The notes under the pieces are model-generated. The model was not told the DNA's origin and ran no database searches. It worked only from the letters and a program-made list of their open reading frames with translations. A stretch of 64,000 nt of DNA, from contig CM120640.1 of NCBI GenBank assembly GCA_051362555.1, positions 43,316,788 to 43,380,787 of the forward strand, given 5' to 3'. This document shows, piece by piece, positions 25,356-46,400 of this stretch (its first letter is position 1; every line of letters begins with the position of its first letter). A program made the position numbers and the translations under genes. The DNA is from Lingula anatina (taxonomy: Eukaryota; Animalia; Brachiopoda).

Positions 25356-25365
25356 CCTTATATGG
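25356..25365. promoter_or_regulatory. CArG box (SRF site) with nearby AP-1 site in RLC intron 1
   Basis: CCTTATATGG matches CC(A/T)6GG; TGAGTCA at 25333-25339. Confidence 0.45.
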
Positions 25366-26657
25366 AAGAAAATCACACATGGTTACTCCAGAGGCATTTT
25401 GGCAGGTTTATCGTTTTAATTGCAGAAATGTGATTGTCATTATATACTGATGCAAGATTAGACTTTAAAAGAAAATACATTTTTGTTCGCTTAACGGGGT
25501 TGGTTACAGCTCATGATATGATGATAAAATTTGTTTGGCATGAAACAATTGATACACAATATTAATTTGAGAACTATTCTCCAAATTCAGAATTTTATCA
25601 GACATGGTCTTTTGTTGGAATGGCGTATGATTTTAGCAAAATACCTATTTTGCATTGAGCATATTTGTCATTTAACATAAAATTTTATGTCGATCTGTTA
25701 TATATTTGGACCTTTTATTTCATCACACACACACACACACACACACATTTTGATAAAAGGGGTATACTAGATTCCATTTTTCCCATTTATCTGTTCATCT
25801 GCATGTGCTTTCTTCCTCGTTCATTTTCACTAGTAAATATAGTTTTTAATTTTCACAAATGAACACCTGAAGATTAACAAACTTAAGAAAAATTAATTGG
25901 TACTAAAGCATTGTTTGGATATCTGGTCATCACTTATCAAATTTTTAAAATTTAAAGAAACCTAGGTCTAAAAGTCTAACCTTGCATCAGTTGCATGTAT
26001 TTTAGACTTTGATTTGCTGTAGTATACCTAGGTATGTAAAATACAACAAGGGAATAAATTGAAAAGGTCTTAGTTCATCTATGTCAAAACCTAGCCAGGA
26101 ACCTGTCTTGATGCGTGCTTCCACTTGCCATATCTTTGTCTTTGCATCAAGAGATCACTTTGGGGAATTTATTTTATCCCCTTTTCTCCATTTCTTCAAT
26201 TGAGCAAAATACAGAGAAGTGGGATGCTGTGAGTGATAGTTAAATTTTCATTAAAAAAATCAAATATTAGTAAATACTATTCCTCTGTGTAAAAGTTTCA
26301 ACAGATGTGTTTCTGCACTATTTGGTTTGAATGGCATCTGCAATGTGAGTGTTTAAGTTGTTTTGGCCAATTTATATTATTATATTCTGACTTTAGCTGC
26401 CATTACCACTTTATGTTATGAAGAGAATAATTTACCTCACAAGGATTTTAAATGTAGTCTTTGTGTTTGGGGCAATCTCAGTCTTAGATTTATAGTTATT
26501 GAATTTAATGATGCATAAAGAGACAATTTCAATTTCATTTGATGAAGCAGTCTCTACTTTGCTTCAGAATTTTTTTTCAAAGAAAAGATTTCTATTTAAA
26601 GATATAATATCAAGTAAGTCTTACTGTTTATTTGATTTAGACATTACACCTGGTAAT

Positions 26658-26660
<3 letters not shown>

Positions 26661-26702
<42 letters not shown>
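26661..26702. repeat. (TA)n microsatellite
   Basis: Pure TA run. Confidence 0.95.
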
Positions 26703-26703
<1 letters not shown>

Positions 26704-26919
26704 TTCCCACAGATATGAAGAAACAAATCTGCAGGCACTGACAACTTGGATTATTCTTAGTTTTCAAACATCTCCTAGCCATGTTTTTTTACAGCCAGCT
26801 GGTGATGCATGCCCTCCAGGATTTACTTGTATTTATACATGCATGCAATATGATTTGAAAATCATTTGACAGAATAGCCCATATGTAGTTGTATTCTTTG
26901 ACTGGGTGTCACATAACGT

Positions 26920-27534
26920 CACCCTGAGCTTCAGAGCTAACTTGACACTAACCTTTTCACTGTAGCCTATCTCCATCGTGTCAAGTAACCTCTGACCAGA
27001 TTCGATTGCCTCCGCCGCCCGCCAATCAAATTTAAAAGCCCGCACTCAATGACTCATTAAACGATCTAGCCAATGAACGCGAACGAGTCAAAGCGCGCTT
27101 TGTTCAAATCCGGACCAATCAAAGATAAGGCTGAATATCAGGGTCTTGCCGTAACCTGTGGGCAGCACGCAAATAACATCGTCTCTCAGTAGATAATGAT
27201 GCAGGGCATCATACTGCTCTGGTTTCAATTCCGATATACTCCATGCTTTCTTTGTGTACGGTTATGCACTCGGAACCACTCGGAACTACTCGGATGTCTC
27301 CGCACTCGACAATAACTATGTTGTTAGTATGGAGCTTGCGGAATCAGCCGAGGATTGCCGATTGACGATCAACCAATCAGCGTTTTCACCAAACTTTGGT
27401 GAAAAATTTTGAAACATGGATTCGATTGGCTTATATAAAATAGGTCAAACTATTTTCGTCAGAGGTTACTTGACACGATGGAGATAGGCTACAGTGAAAA
27501 GGTTAGTGTCAAGTTAGCTCTGAAGCTCAGGGTG
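26920..27534. mobile_element. 615-bp MITE with perfect 77-bp TIRs and 8-bp TSD
   Basis: TIR CACCCTGAGCTTCAGAGC...GTAACCTCTGAC is identical at both ends; TSD CATAACGT at 26912-26919 and 27535-27542. Confidence 0.93.
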
Positions 27535-29010
27535 CATAACGTTGGACAATTCAATGAATTTTGATAAGTGTCTGGATTTACTTATTCATACTGTCATGAA
27601 TGTTAACCAAGGGGTTATGAACCCAGATCCCATTTAGAACCATACAGGTAGAAGCTGTTGACTGTATTCATAACACATTCTTGACCAAATTTACCTGTTT
27701 TCACAAACAACTTAAGACCACCTTGGCTGTTCAGTTTGGAATGAAGTTCATATTTGCTGACTGGGAGTAAGTCTGTTATTAGAAGTCAGCATGGCATGGA
27801 GTTGAGATGTTATTTAGCTAATGAATAGGTAGGTGCTGCATGAACTCTGAGAGAAATGCCAAAGTTTTGAATGATTGCATGCTTATAAACATACTTACTA
27901 ATTTTCAGGGTGCAGTCAACAGGAAATTTACCTAAAGGTTATGTTTATTTTGTATGGACATAACTGCCCATGAAAAGCTTTTTAAGGAAACAATTTATAG
28001 AATCTTTTTTCTTTCAAATGAAGTAGGAAAGCCACTTTTCAGATTCAGTGATTGTAAAAGTGATCCATGTGGATATTCCCTGTTTAGAAGATTTGAATTG
28101 GTCATGCTGGTCAAATACGTCAATTATATACAGTGGTCATAGTACTTACCTCTTGTCTGTTTGCATAATTCTGTACTATATCAAAATATTTCTGCCACTG
28201 TTTACTAACCCAAAGGCACTTACAACCTTTATAATACATATTGCTCAGGCATATTTCTTTTAATGATGAGGGAAATACCTGTACTAGTGCAGTAGTCATA
28301 CAGTAATAAATCATCCATTTGGCATTCCCACTTCTGTTCCAATTCTGTCTGAGCAAGCATATTTGCCTTATATTTCAGCTTTATAGAGAATAAGTTGTGA
28401 TATTATAATATGAAATATATGTTAAGAAGCTGAATATGTTAGTTTTTGAGGATATTGTTAACAGTTAGTTTGCACAAATCATGTACTAGTACAGTTTGAA
28501 TTTATTAACAGTGGGGTTTGCTTTAGATTTCCTTGATGGTATTTTTGAGTTAGCACATGTTTCATCATATGGTTTCCGGACTTTCTTTTTACCAACCCAA
28601 GTCAGTCTGATTCATGCAGCTAATCCCAGATGTTCAATAAATGAGATACAAACCGAGGCTGATTTGCTTAGTTATTTGAAGCATGTTAGATATATAGGCC
28701 TCAGAGTTTCTGCATATAAATCTTTTGACTGCGTACAGGAAACTGGGCATTTTTTGTCGTGTAAATAGCAGGGTGGATCAGATTCACCTGTGAATGTACA
28801 TTTTTAGAGTAGGTAGTTGGCCAATGTTATCCATATGATTGGATCTATGTCAGTGAGAAGAGTGACTGAGTGGTGAATACTAATATTATTGGCCCTGGTT
28901 CTTCAGTCAGACGGCAGCGTTAGTGGCATATGCTGTACAACTAGTATTGTTCATAGAAAAAATAGGCCTAGTGATTGTTTCGAGAAGGTTGGGAGGAAGA
29001 GTTCATCAGT

Positions 29011-35648
<6,638 letters not shown>

Positions 35649-37466
35649 ACCACATGCAAATAGACTTTTACTATTTTTCTAGCTGAGAAATATTGCCATA
35701 CTTATAAATACATATAATGGCTACATTGGCTGAAGTATGATTGCTATGCTGTCAATGAAACCATTTATGAGTTGCCAATATGTTAGCTTGCCCAAGTGGT
35801 GTATATTATCCTCATGGTGATTTGTAGAAGACTTCCATTATTATGATATAGTATAACTAAATTTAAACTAGTAAAGTGGGTTTTAACTTTGTAAATTTAT
35901 CAGCTTGAAACTTTGAACAACTTATCATTTCCACTTCGATACTTAGAGTTTATTACTGAATGTAGAAATCTGTTTTTTTCCTCTTAATTTTTTGAAGATT
36001 TAGCATCACGTGTTGGTGTATTCAAATTGGCTTCAGTTGTTAGCTATTTTGTTTACATTATCACATCGTCTTCTGAACTACCTTACAGGTGGTGGAATTG
36101 TTGGATTGTAAATATGAAATTTAACAGGAAAGAGATTCATAGATGTTAACTTTAATATTTATGTCCTTGTTGTTTAAAAATGTTGCAGCTTCATAACATA
36201 TTTAGTGACTGCATACAAGATAAGAAAAGACATTTGTTAGAAAGTGTGTGACTAAAATGAATCTGTAATGGAAAGGCAATACTCTTCTTTTATATATAGC
36301 TTAAAAGGCCAGGTTTGTGGTGACATAATAGGTAGAGATGGATGTTGCTTACAGTGTGGACTGTAGAATGTGTACCTCAAAGTATGTGATGTCATTTAGA
36401 TAACAAGAAAAGAGATGATATCATTTATGATTGTTAGCCTAACATCATCAAGGCAATTGAATAATTTGAACGTGAAAGAACCAAAATCACATTTTTTTTT
36501 TCATTTGTCAAAATGTAACTACATGCAACTCCATTCAATGACTATGCAACAAAAGCAGTCTTGGGTCAGTGCTATTTCAGTATGATATAATTTGTTAACC
36601 TGTCAACTTAAAACAGCTGAACATTAAAGGTTTAAAAAAATGTTTGACTTTACTTACTGCATGGTTTTAGATATCTATGAAATTTTTAATCTACATACAT
36701 TGTGTTCACAACTAAAATAATTGAATATCAGTATACGTCCTTAGAGTGTACAATTTTAATGTATGTTGTTGATGGGAACCTGCTTCCTCCACCCCTCCCG
36801 CCCCCTTTAATATTCAGAGAAGTTCAGGGTGTATCTTAAAGGCCTATTATCTGCAGTTGAAAACGTCCCAAAGTCATTTTCTATGTCTTCATATCCTTGT
36901 AAGCTTGAAATCTTTCCCTGTTCAGAGCACTAAAACAATAAAACCCCTCAAATATCCTGATGTTGATATTTCTTCATTGATGTACAGTAAGATATGGAGG
37001 TCTTACTAATGGTCAGTTATTTAGAACCAAATGATTTATAAAAAGTCTTAAAGCGTAGAATCCAAGTGCAGGGACTGTCATGCGTATAAAAAAGTCCTCT
37101 TGAAGTTTCTGTTCAAAGGGAAAATTACGAACTGGATACCTTTTACTTTTTTGTGGACCATTTTTCAAAACTAACTTTACATATTCCACACAGTTTCAAA
37201 CACATAAATTTCGATAAATTGGTTCTGATTAGTTAATAATTTATTACCGACTGAAGCTACCGATTGATTATTGAAAGTTTCGAGTTGTGCTTGTCTTGAT
37301 CTCCCTGCCACCTATATATCTTGTGTGTTGACAAAATGTCAGTGCGGTTTATTTTGTGCCAGCATGCGTGATCAGCATGAAGTTAGACTGGTGTGACCAG
37401 GTCAAAACGTTTAAAATGCCATAGATCTGTTTTTGCCGGTGGTTTAGATGTCCTTTGTCTGGAAGC

Positions 37467-40400
37467 ATGGAAAAATACCAAAGAATACGAGTCGTAGGAA
37501 GAGGTGCATATGGGTAATGATATGGGATATACTCCACTTGATCATTTTCCTTTCATATTATTATGAATACTTTTCTTGGTGACATACATTTGTATCTGTC
37601 CATATACGTCTAAAGAAACCACTACTGGTGTATATACGTTTGAGAATGAGGGTTTTTTAAAACCAATCTTTTAGGTTTCTCATAATTTACTTGAAAATGA
37701 GCTTTTATAGAAGAAAATTGAATGCTTCTTACAGTTTTTATTAATCTATTGGAATACTAATACTTTGAAAACATCACTGGCAAATTAAGTTGCTGGTACA
37801 TGTAATACCAATAGTTAGCGGAATTCTGCATTTTTTAATTCAATTCTGATGGTTTCTGAGATTCGTCAAGGTTAGGTGTTGGGTACCATGATAAATGTTC
37901 AGAGTTTTTTTTTTTTTTTAAACCTAGGCTCATGTCTGATAGTACTAGTGTAAAGATCACAAAAGCAGTATTTTCTAAATAATCATATGTTGTTTCACAC
38001 TGCATAATTTTTAAGCTGTTGATCAGTTTTATTGTACAACATTTAAGCAAAAACTAGTCTATTTAAATTTTGACCAAGCAACACTAATTTAATGCGCTTT
38101 AATTTTGTTTCTAGTACAGTGCATCTTTGCAAAAGAATTAGCGACAGGAAATTGATCATCATCAAAGAGATCCCTGTTGAACAAATGACTAAAGATGAGC
38201 GTCAGTCTGCACTGAATGAAGTGAAAGTTCTCTCCATGCTAGACCACCCTAATATCATAGAATATTACGAGAACTTTCTGGAAGATAAGGCTTTGATGAT
38301 TGTAATGGAATATGCACAAGGTAAATGAGACCGTAATAAGTTGGGTTAACAAACAACAACTAAGGGCACAGGAATTAGATTTCTTACTTACAGTACTTGT
38401 ATGCTGAGCTTATCATCTCCAGACAGCTAGCCTGCTTAGGCCGCATTCACATCGAGTTGAGCCATGGCTCTACAAAGCCACGACCTAAATATGGCGGACG
38501 TACATGAAAGGAAAACCACCTAATCTTTTAATAGTCTCTCCGCCTCTCACACGCCTCCCCATGCGTCATCCCTGCGGGGGTATAGTCATTAAATCTCGGC
38601 TCCATTGGGAGCAGAGGGTAGGTCAACCCAACCTGACTATAATCATGGTTTAGGAGATATTCTCATTATAAACTGTATAGCCTGTTTTTAATTAGGGTTT
38701 TCATATTGATTATACTGAATTTTGTGATCGTGAGTCAAGTTTTTTAAATTCAGCTATCATATTCATGCTATTAATATCTTATTGAATTAGTGAAAAGTAG
38801 GAATTTAATCGTTTTAGCTGTTTATTTATCATTTTTAGGTGGGACTTTGTATGACTATTTACAACAAAAGGGGGACAATTTGCTGGAAGAGGAGGTAACT
38901 GTGAAATGAGCAAATGTGAATGAAATAGTTACCTCTATTGATTAGCTAAATGTATACCCAGGAAGCAATAAGATTCATTTACATATACTAAAAATATGGT
39001 CTTATTCTTTAGAACCATATCAATAAGACAGCATATTACTTTAGTGGTTTGTCACACCAAAATTTAATAGTTCCTGGCTTATTTTTATCTTTTCAGCAAA
39101 TACTGCACTATTTTGCCCAAATGCTGCTGTCCCTACAACATGTACATTCCAAACAGATTTTACACAGGGATCTCAAGACCCAAAATATTCTGCTGGACAA
39201 AAAGAAAGAAGTGGTGAAAATTGGTGATTTTGGGATTTCAAAAGTACTAAGCAGTAAAAGTAAAGCATACAGTGTAAGTAAAGAAGGAAGCAGTAGCATG
39301 TTACACTGATTGCATTCAGTGAGAGTCCTCACATGGGTGGATCGATCTATGTAGACTGATAGTTTCAGTGGGAATGAGCCCTTAGATTTATGTCAATGAT
39401 ATATCAGGTTGTAAGCACATTAATAATTATTATCTTCAAACAAGCTCCATTTCATGTAGTTCTTGTTTGATACTGATAGACCTATAGCAGCACATACTGA
39501 ACACTGTATGATGCACTGTAATGACCACAGAGCTAATGGTGTTATAAATAATATATTTGGAAATACTGTGCAGCTTCAAAGCACACTAACAGAAAAAAAC
39601 TCAATGAAAACTTTACTGCTGGTATGTAGAATTTTAGGAGAAACATGATTTGTCTCTTTTAGAATCATGCTCCATATTTTTCAGGTGGTAGGAACACCAT
39701 GTTACATATCTCCAGAGCTATGTGAAGGAAAACCATATCCTTTATAAATTACGATTTTTATATGGTTCTTACATGTTATGGAATTAAGAGTTTACCTTTC
39801 CCAGACTTTTTGATTTTTGATAATTGAAGATATTTTTAGAAAGAGGAAAAAATTTGATTTTGTTTCTCTGCATAATACAGACAGTGACTTTAACATTGAT
39901 TACATACAACCAGAAGAGCGACATCTGGGCATTGGGATGTGTTCTGTATGAACTTGCCAGTCTGAAGAGAGCATTTGAAGCGCAGGTTAGACACATTGAA
40001 AAAAAATTAATTATGAAAGTGATTTCATTAATAGCAACAATTCATTGAGCACAAAAATGTTTGACATTAACAGAATTAATGACTACTGTAGTATTATACT
40101 GGTAGTATACAATGAATGCTATGCATGGTAGATAAGATCCCTTCTGAATGTTCTGGTCCATAATTTTTAGTTTAATATTTGTGAGAACTAAACTTGATGA
40201 TTGTTTAGTTTGAAGATAATCAATTATGTACCCTGTTTGCATCATTGCAGTCACAATTTCATTGATGTCAAAGTGCTATATTTTACAATGACTATAAAAT
40301 TTGATTTTTTGTAAAAGACATGAATTTAGTTTCTCATGTTGTTTCTATAAATGGATTATTGTTATTTTTTTCTGTTTATTATAGAACCTGCCAGCATTAA

Positions 40401-43400
40401 TACTGAAGATAATGAGGGGAACATTTTCTCCCATATCCGATAAATACAGCAAAGAACTTCAGTCCCTGATCCTTAGTATGCTCCATTTGGATCCTAACAA
40501 AAGACCGCATATCAACCAAATAATGGTGCAGCCTATACTCATCAATTCACTGATGAACCTGTATACTGACATTGGAATGCTACCATGCACTAGGTATTAT
40601 TATTTGTCCAAAGAACTTCTTTTTAGCCTGGTACATGGCATGGGTTTCACCTTATGTATGGGTGAGTTTGTGTACTTATTTTAGCAAAGTCGTGTCACTG
40701 TGTGAAAGTTTTTATTTCGACTTATATACAGTTTGGAGATTTTATGAAAGGATATTTTTAAGTGAAGAAACATAACCCAAATATGATGTCTTTAAAATGT
40801 TCTAGTAGCCAGACAGATGGCAAAACCTTATCACCACACTGACATTTTTTTAGGGTCCAAAGTCCCCTGTCCAGTCTCCCAGGTCAGGCTAGGGGAGCTA
40901 CAGGAGGTGGGGGAGGTGGGAAACTCTCGCCAAGACCTGGCAGTGCTACTAGAGGTAATGTGCTATTCAAACTTGATGTATTCTGTTTGCCTTATCGTCT
41001 AGGTGAACTTTCATTAACTACAATTAACTTTTCATATAATATTGTTGTTGATAATAGTTTAGACTCTTAACGCCATATGAAGATTATATGAACACGTCAG
41101 GTTCATTTTGTGTACATGGTTATTTGGTAAACTTACTTCACCGACTCAGAGATGCTTGTAAAACAACTGATGGTTACACAAGTGAATGTTGTCAGAATCA
41201 ATCTCTGTCAGATGTTTACAAAAATTTAAAAAAATAGTGTTGCCCAAGAAAATTATACTGTAGTTCAGTCCATAAAATATTCATCCTAAGTAAAAAAAAA
41301 CAATTGTTTACTAACAAAATTCTCCTTGATATAATTTTTTCTCTTTCAGAATCCCTGGCCAGTCTTGTAATGGACTCCAGTGGGGGTCTTCCCAAGCCCC
41401 CAGTCCTGTGTTCAGTGTATTACTGGGGTAGTGGAATATCTTCTCCTATGTTACTCCCCCTGCCAAGCAGTGACACACAAGTGGAAGAAGTTTCTATTGG
41501 GAGAACACAAAAAGCTGCTGTGACGAAAAATGGGAGGCTGTTTGTGTGGGAGGTAAGGGAAAAGGCAATGTGCATCTAGGCATGCCAGAAGTTGAATTAA
41601 GGCTGACATGGAATTATAAGAAACATTGTCTTTTGTATTCAATAGTTTTCTGAGATTTTTTATTTGCCCTGTGTGTGCACTTTGTAATTTTCATAGCTCA
41701 CTTTTAACTGATAGTGCACTATTGCCACATTTATGTCCACTTAAGGTCATTTTCTCCCTTTGCAGGCTCCCACAGTAGGCACGGACAGCATGCTGCCAGG
41801 TGCCACAGAGGGCCAGGTGCCAGCATTTGTCCCCAGGTATCTGGAGGGACAGTCAGCTGTCACAATACAGCATGTTGCATGTGGGGACCTCTTTACAGCT
41901 TGTCTCACTGGTGAGTTGTCCAGTCTGTGTCAATATAAAAAATGACTGCTAACATTTCAGTTCTCTGAATGACTTAGTGTTTTGTTTGATTCAGTATTAT
42001 TTACAACAGTATATATCCCATATCAAATATAGATAGAAGAGCACATGAATTATACATAAATGTGTAGAGCTGGCTAACTTGTATAAAATTCTGTGAAATT
42101 TTAATTCCTGACTTTCAACTGGAAGAAATTTTATAAAAATTCTGTATTATTAAATGCTGCCAATAATTAAAATCTACCAATTTCAAATAACTTATATCAG
42201 GAATATTGCAGCTCTTTAGGGTATAATATGAATATCCTTGTTGAGATTTCGCACTATTCTTGACCATTTCAGATCGAGGCATTTTGATGACATTTGGAAG
42301 TGGGGCCAATGGCTGCTTGGGTCATGGCAATTTCAATGATGTATCACAGGTAAAACGTGAAAAATTTTTTTTCCAGAAAAATTTGTTATTACTGAATGCC
42401 ATTAATCAGAATTTACCTTTTGCTGTCCATGAAATTAGTCGGAGTAGTTTTGTTAATTTAAGTAACAGTAATTGAATTTAATAAAAGTGGACATTGCTTT
42501 TCAATTTTACATCAATTACATTGTCTGTTTGTGTACTGTTGTGTTCATAATGTCATGAGTAATGCAGTTGGTACTCAAAATTGCAGTGTATGTTATCACC
42601 CACGTGGTCAGCACATTTAAATTTCTTTTAATTCTAACAGGCTAAAATTGTGGAGGCACTGCTTGGTTATGAGGTGGTCCAGGTATCCTGTGGGGCCTGC
42701 CACGTGTTAGCAGTGACTAATGACCACGAGGTGTTTGCCTGGGGAAGAGGAGACAATGGTGAGCAGGAATATCATGAATTAAAATTTTCTTCCTACGAGA
42801 TTTTTTCTTGGTTTTTGTTAAAGAGAATTTAGAACAATTTTGAATTTCTATGCCATACTCAGAAACTGGTAAAATTCAGAGATGGTTTCCCCTTGTTTAT
42901 TTTTCTATGTTTCCTTGACTGAATATTTTCAACATGAAACAAAAGCCTTAAGGTGGGAATGTAGGTCTGAGATTTTCTCTTAAAATAAAAGTCTTGGTTT
43001 TTTTATTCCTGTCACATTCACTTAATGTATCTTCAAAATATCTAATTATGCTTGGAACACAGCTCTAACTTCATCGTGTGACGTAATATTGGGATTTTGG
43101 GGACAAAAACACCATTTTTATACACCTGATTTTTTCAGGCACCTGGACAGCTATAAACTTGCTTTTGATGGCATTTTAACACTTGAACAAAGTACTACAG
43201 CATGGAGTCAGGGATCTTTCTTCAGACACTTATTGTTGATTTTATCTATAAAAACGTGAAATTACATCAAAATATTAGGGAATTTTCACTTTCAAAGTCT
43301 ATAAATTAGAAAAGAGAGGATCAATCAAAATTTCTTAAAAAGCACTTTTAGTGCATACTTTTCATAATTAGCATGGTGAATTTGGTCTCCCTCAGGTGTA

Positions 43401-46400
43401 CAGGTAGACAGTTATAGCTTGCTAAGATAACGCTATCTCGTCAATATTGAAAGCAAAGAAAACGAGCAAAAACCCTTTCAGGGAGGTTAATTGTCCAAAT
43501 TAGCAAATTAAATTGTTGACAGCTTTACCTGTTATCGTTCTGACGATCGCGAAGATGGGTACTCTATTGCCGGTTGAAATTAGCTTGTTTGCATGCATTT
43601 GGATGTCAAAAAATCTTATTTTTGTATCAATCTCACCTCCTGTTAGTAACTTCAAGGGGTTACTGCTAGCACTGCCAGAATGATTGACAGGCAATCAAGT
43701 AAGCCCTAATGACTCAAGCAATCAGTGGCCACGTCAATTGCCGTCGGGGAAAGTGTTAGGGATGCGCTCTAGGATGTGCACACAATAGCAGCATCGCAGG
43801 CAGTCTTGTTCACATTCGCCAAGCGAAAAATGGTTCGAAAACAGGGTCGTGTTACAGGACGCCGATCGGACAATCAACAACAAGAAATAGACACAACCAA
43901 AAAGCTTTTGTTAGAGGAAATGTCTAAAAATGGGTGAGCCAGGAAAAATTCTGCGATAATTGTTGAAGAAAAAAGCTGGGTCAACTCCGTTTCAAAATAC
44001 TTTGACGCTTTGCAGGAAAAATCCTTCCTTTGTTTCTCTAGCTCCTTATAAAACCTGGTGTCCAGATTTTATCTAGTGCCCTCAGGGTTGCGGGAGCTGC
44101 TCTTTGAAAATAACACTCGAGTAGATATTTACCTGAGCTAAATATCGCCAGCGAGGCTTCAGGAGAGTTGTGGGCCACTGAGCCCTCCAATTAAGAGGTA
44201 AAGGAAGTTCCAGTTAGATGGACGATAAAGATAAAACTTGTTAAGGTTTCAGGCAAGACCGGGGGGTGGGGGGGGGGGGGGGGGCAGAACATTTGTGCCT
44301 ATACAATTGATACAAAGGATTTGTTCATACAGGTGACTTTAATAAGCAGAGGATTTCTTTATATTCCGTGAAAAATACACTAAATTTATATGAAATAATA
44401 TCATGGTTGGCCAAAAATTGTACGCACAGTGCATCTGTGCGTATGCCTAGTTACGCCCATGTTAAGATTTTAAAAATCTAACAACTGCATCGAGCTGTTG
44501 TCGAAAATGGATAGAAAGTGTGACGATTGTTGTCACGGGTAGCAAGCAACGGACTTTTCTTCTTTTTTTTGCGTATCTCAAAAAGTTAACAAGAAAATCG
44601 AAAGAGCGCGTGTAACAATAAGCAATATTCAAGGGAGAACACGTATTTCGAGCAAATCCAATGTGTCGGAAAAGATTCATCTTAGCGCTGATCACAATCA
44701 AGAGTGACTATCAAAACAGCTTAAGCGGAACAATAGGCACTGCTTTGCCGATCGCTGTTTATGACAAAGGGGACATGGCGCATCCCTGTTCTATTGTTTC
44801 CCTAGACGTACTGATGCTGCTAAGGTCCGCCCACCGAGTTAACCCATGCCAACGGCCCTTGACAACGAAGGCGGGGCATAGACCAGGCCACCGGTGCCGA
44901 TGTGTGCAGCATCAGAATCCTCAGAAAAAACATATTTTTTGTTCAAAATGTAAAAATTTTATTCTGTTAAACGTTAGATACACATTTAACCAATAATTAG
45001 ACATAAAAAACCAAAAATGACGATTTTTAGCTATATTTGGGTACATCCGTACCTTAAGTTATATAATGTTGGAGTTAACTTTGATTGGTGATATTAGGAA
45101 GTGAATATTTAGTATCATGAAATACATTTAATATTTTTCAGTTATAAACAAGCATATGCATGCACACAAGCTGTTTTAATGGCACACATTTTTCAATTCT
45201 AAAACTTCTTTTTGTTGAAATGTGCCGAAATTGTGAACTTTCAATATGAAAAAAATTATGAATGTATAAATTTTTGCAAATGTCTACAACTCTTCTTTGT
45301 ACAAGGTCGCCTTGGACTGGGTACACAAGAATCTCATTCCTTGCCTCAGCAAGTTGGCTTTGAAGAGACTGAGCAGCCCTGCTCTGTACAATGTGGGGTG
45401 GATTGTTCCATGCTGCTGACAGTGGAAAACAAGTTGTTGTGCTGTGGTAATAACAGGTATTAAAGCAGCAGCCTGATCAGGGAAAAGTTCTTAAATAAAA
45501 AAAAATCATTTTGCATGGCAAAAAGAGAGACTGGTACAAGGAATTAATAGCAGCATTATGTATATAATTGCCACTTTCAGTGAAGCAAGTACTTACAACC
45601 ACTTCTGATTTTTCTCATCATCGCCACATAATATTATGTAATTCATCATGTATTCTGTTGAGATTTACGAATACAGTATTATATGACATTCTTACAAATG
45701 AGCAAAATAAGTATGTCTGGAACTTATTTCAGATATAACAAGCTAGCCTTGGACACTGCTGGCAGTGGAGGGTCACTGAGACACATAGAAGAAGTCCACA
45801 CATTTACCCCAGTGTCCACACCACCTCTGGTCAATACCCCTATCAAACAGGTGGCCATGGGGACCTCACATACTATTGTCATTACAGGTAAGGAATAGAA
45901 GTCTTGCTAGATTTAGTTTGATACTGTCTGGTGTTATGTAAAAGTTTTGATAGTATTTTTTGTGTGCTTATAATGCAGCATTTGTGTAAAACAGATTTTC
46001 TCGAAATCACTGTAACTTGATCTTTTTCTTTCTTTATTACTTCTTGACTTTTAAAGCTTTGTTGGAATATAAATTATAGATTTTCATAAAAACATACATT
46101 TAATCCATCTCCATGGTCATTGTAGAACAAGGAGAGTGCTACAGCTTTGGTAGTAACCAATTTGGCCAGTTAGGATATAACAAAAGACCCACTGATGGTT
46201 ATCCAGAGAAAATCCCTGCTCTTCAAGGGGTCCCAGTTACTATGGTAGCAGGCGGAGACACATTTTCAGTGGCTGTTGCAGAAGGTTTGTATAGTTTTAG
46301 AATGGCAGCCAAATGCTATTATGTACTGTATGCTTGCAACTAATTAGTTTAATAAAAACAATAGTGAATATAAAAAGAGATCACTAAAAATCTAAAAGAA

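Noticed and set aside
38438-38635. GC-rich patch starting TTAGGCCGCATTCACAT (Harbinger-like left end)
   Set aside because: No matching right end or TSD found, so it cannot be delimited.
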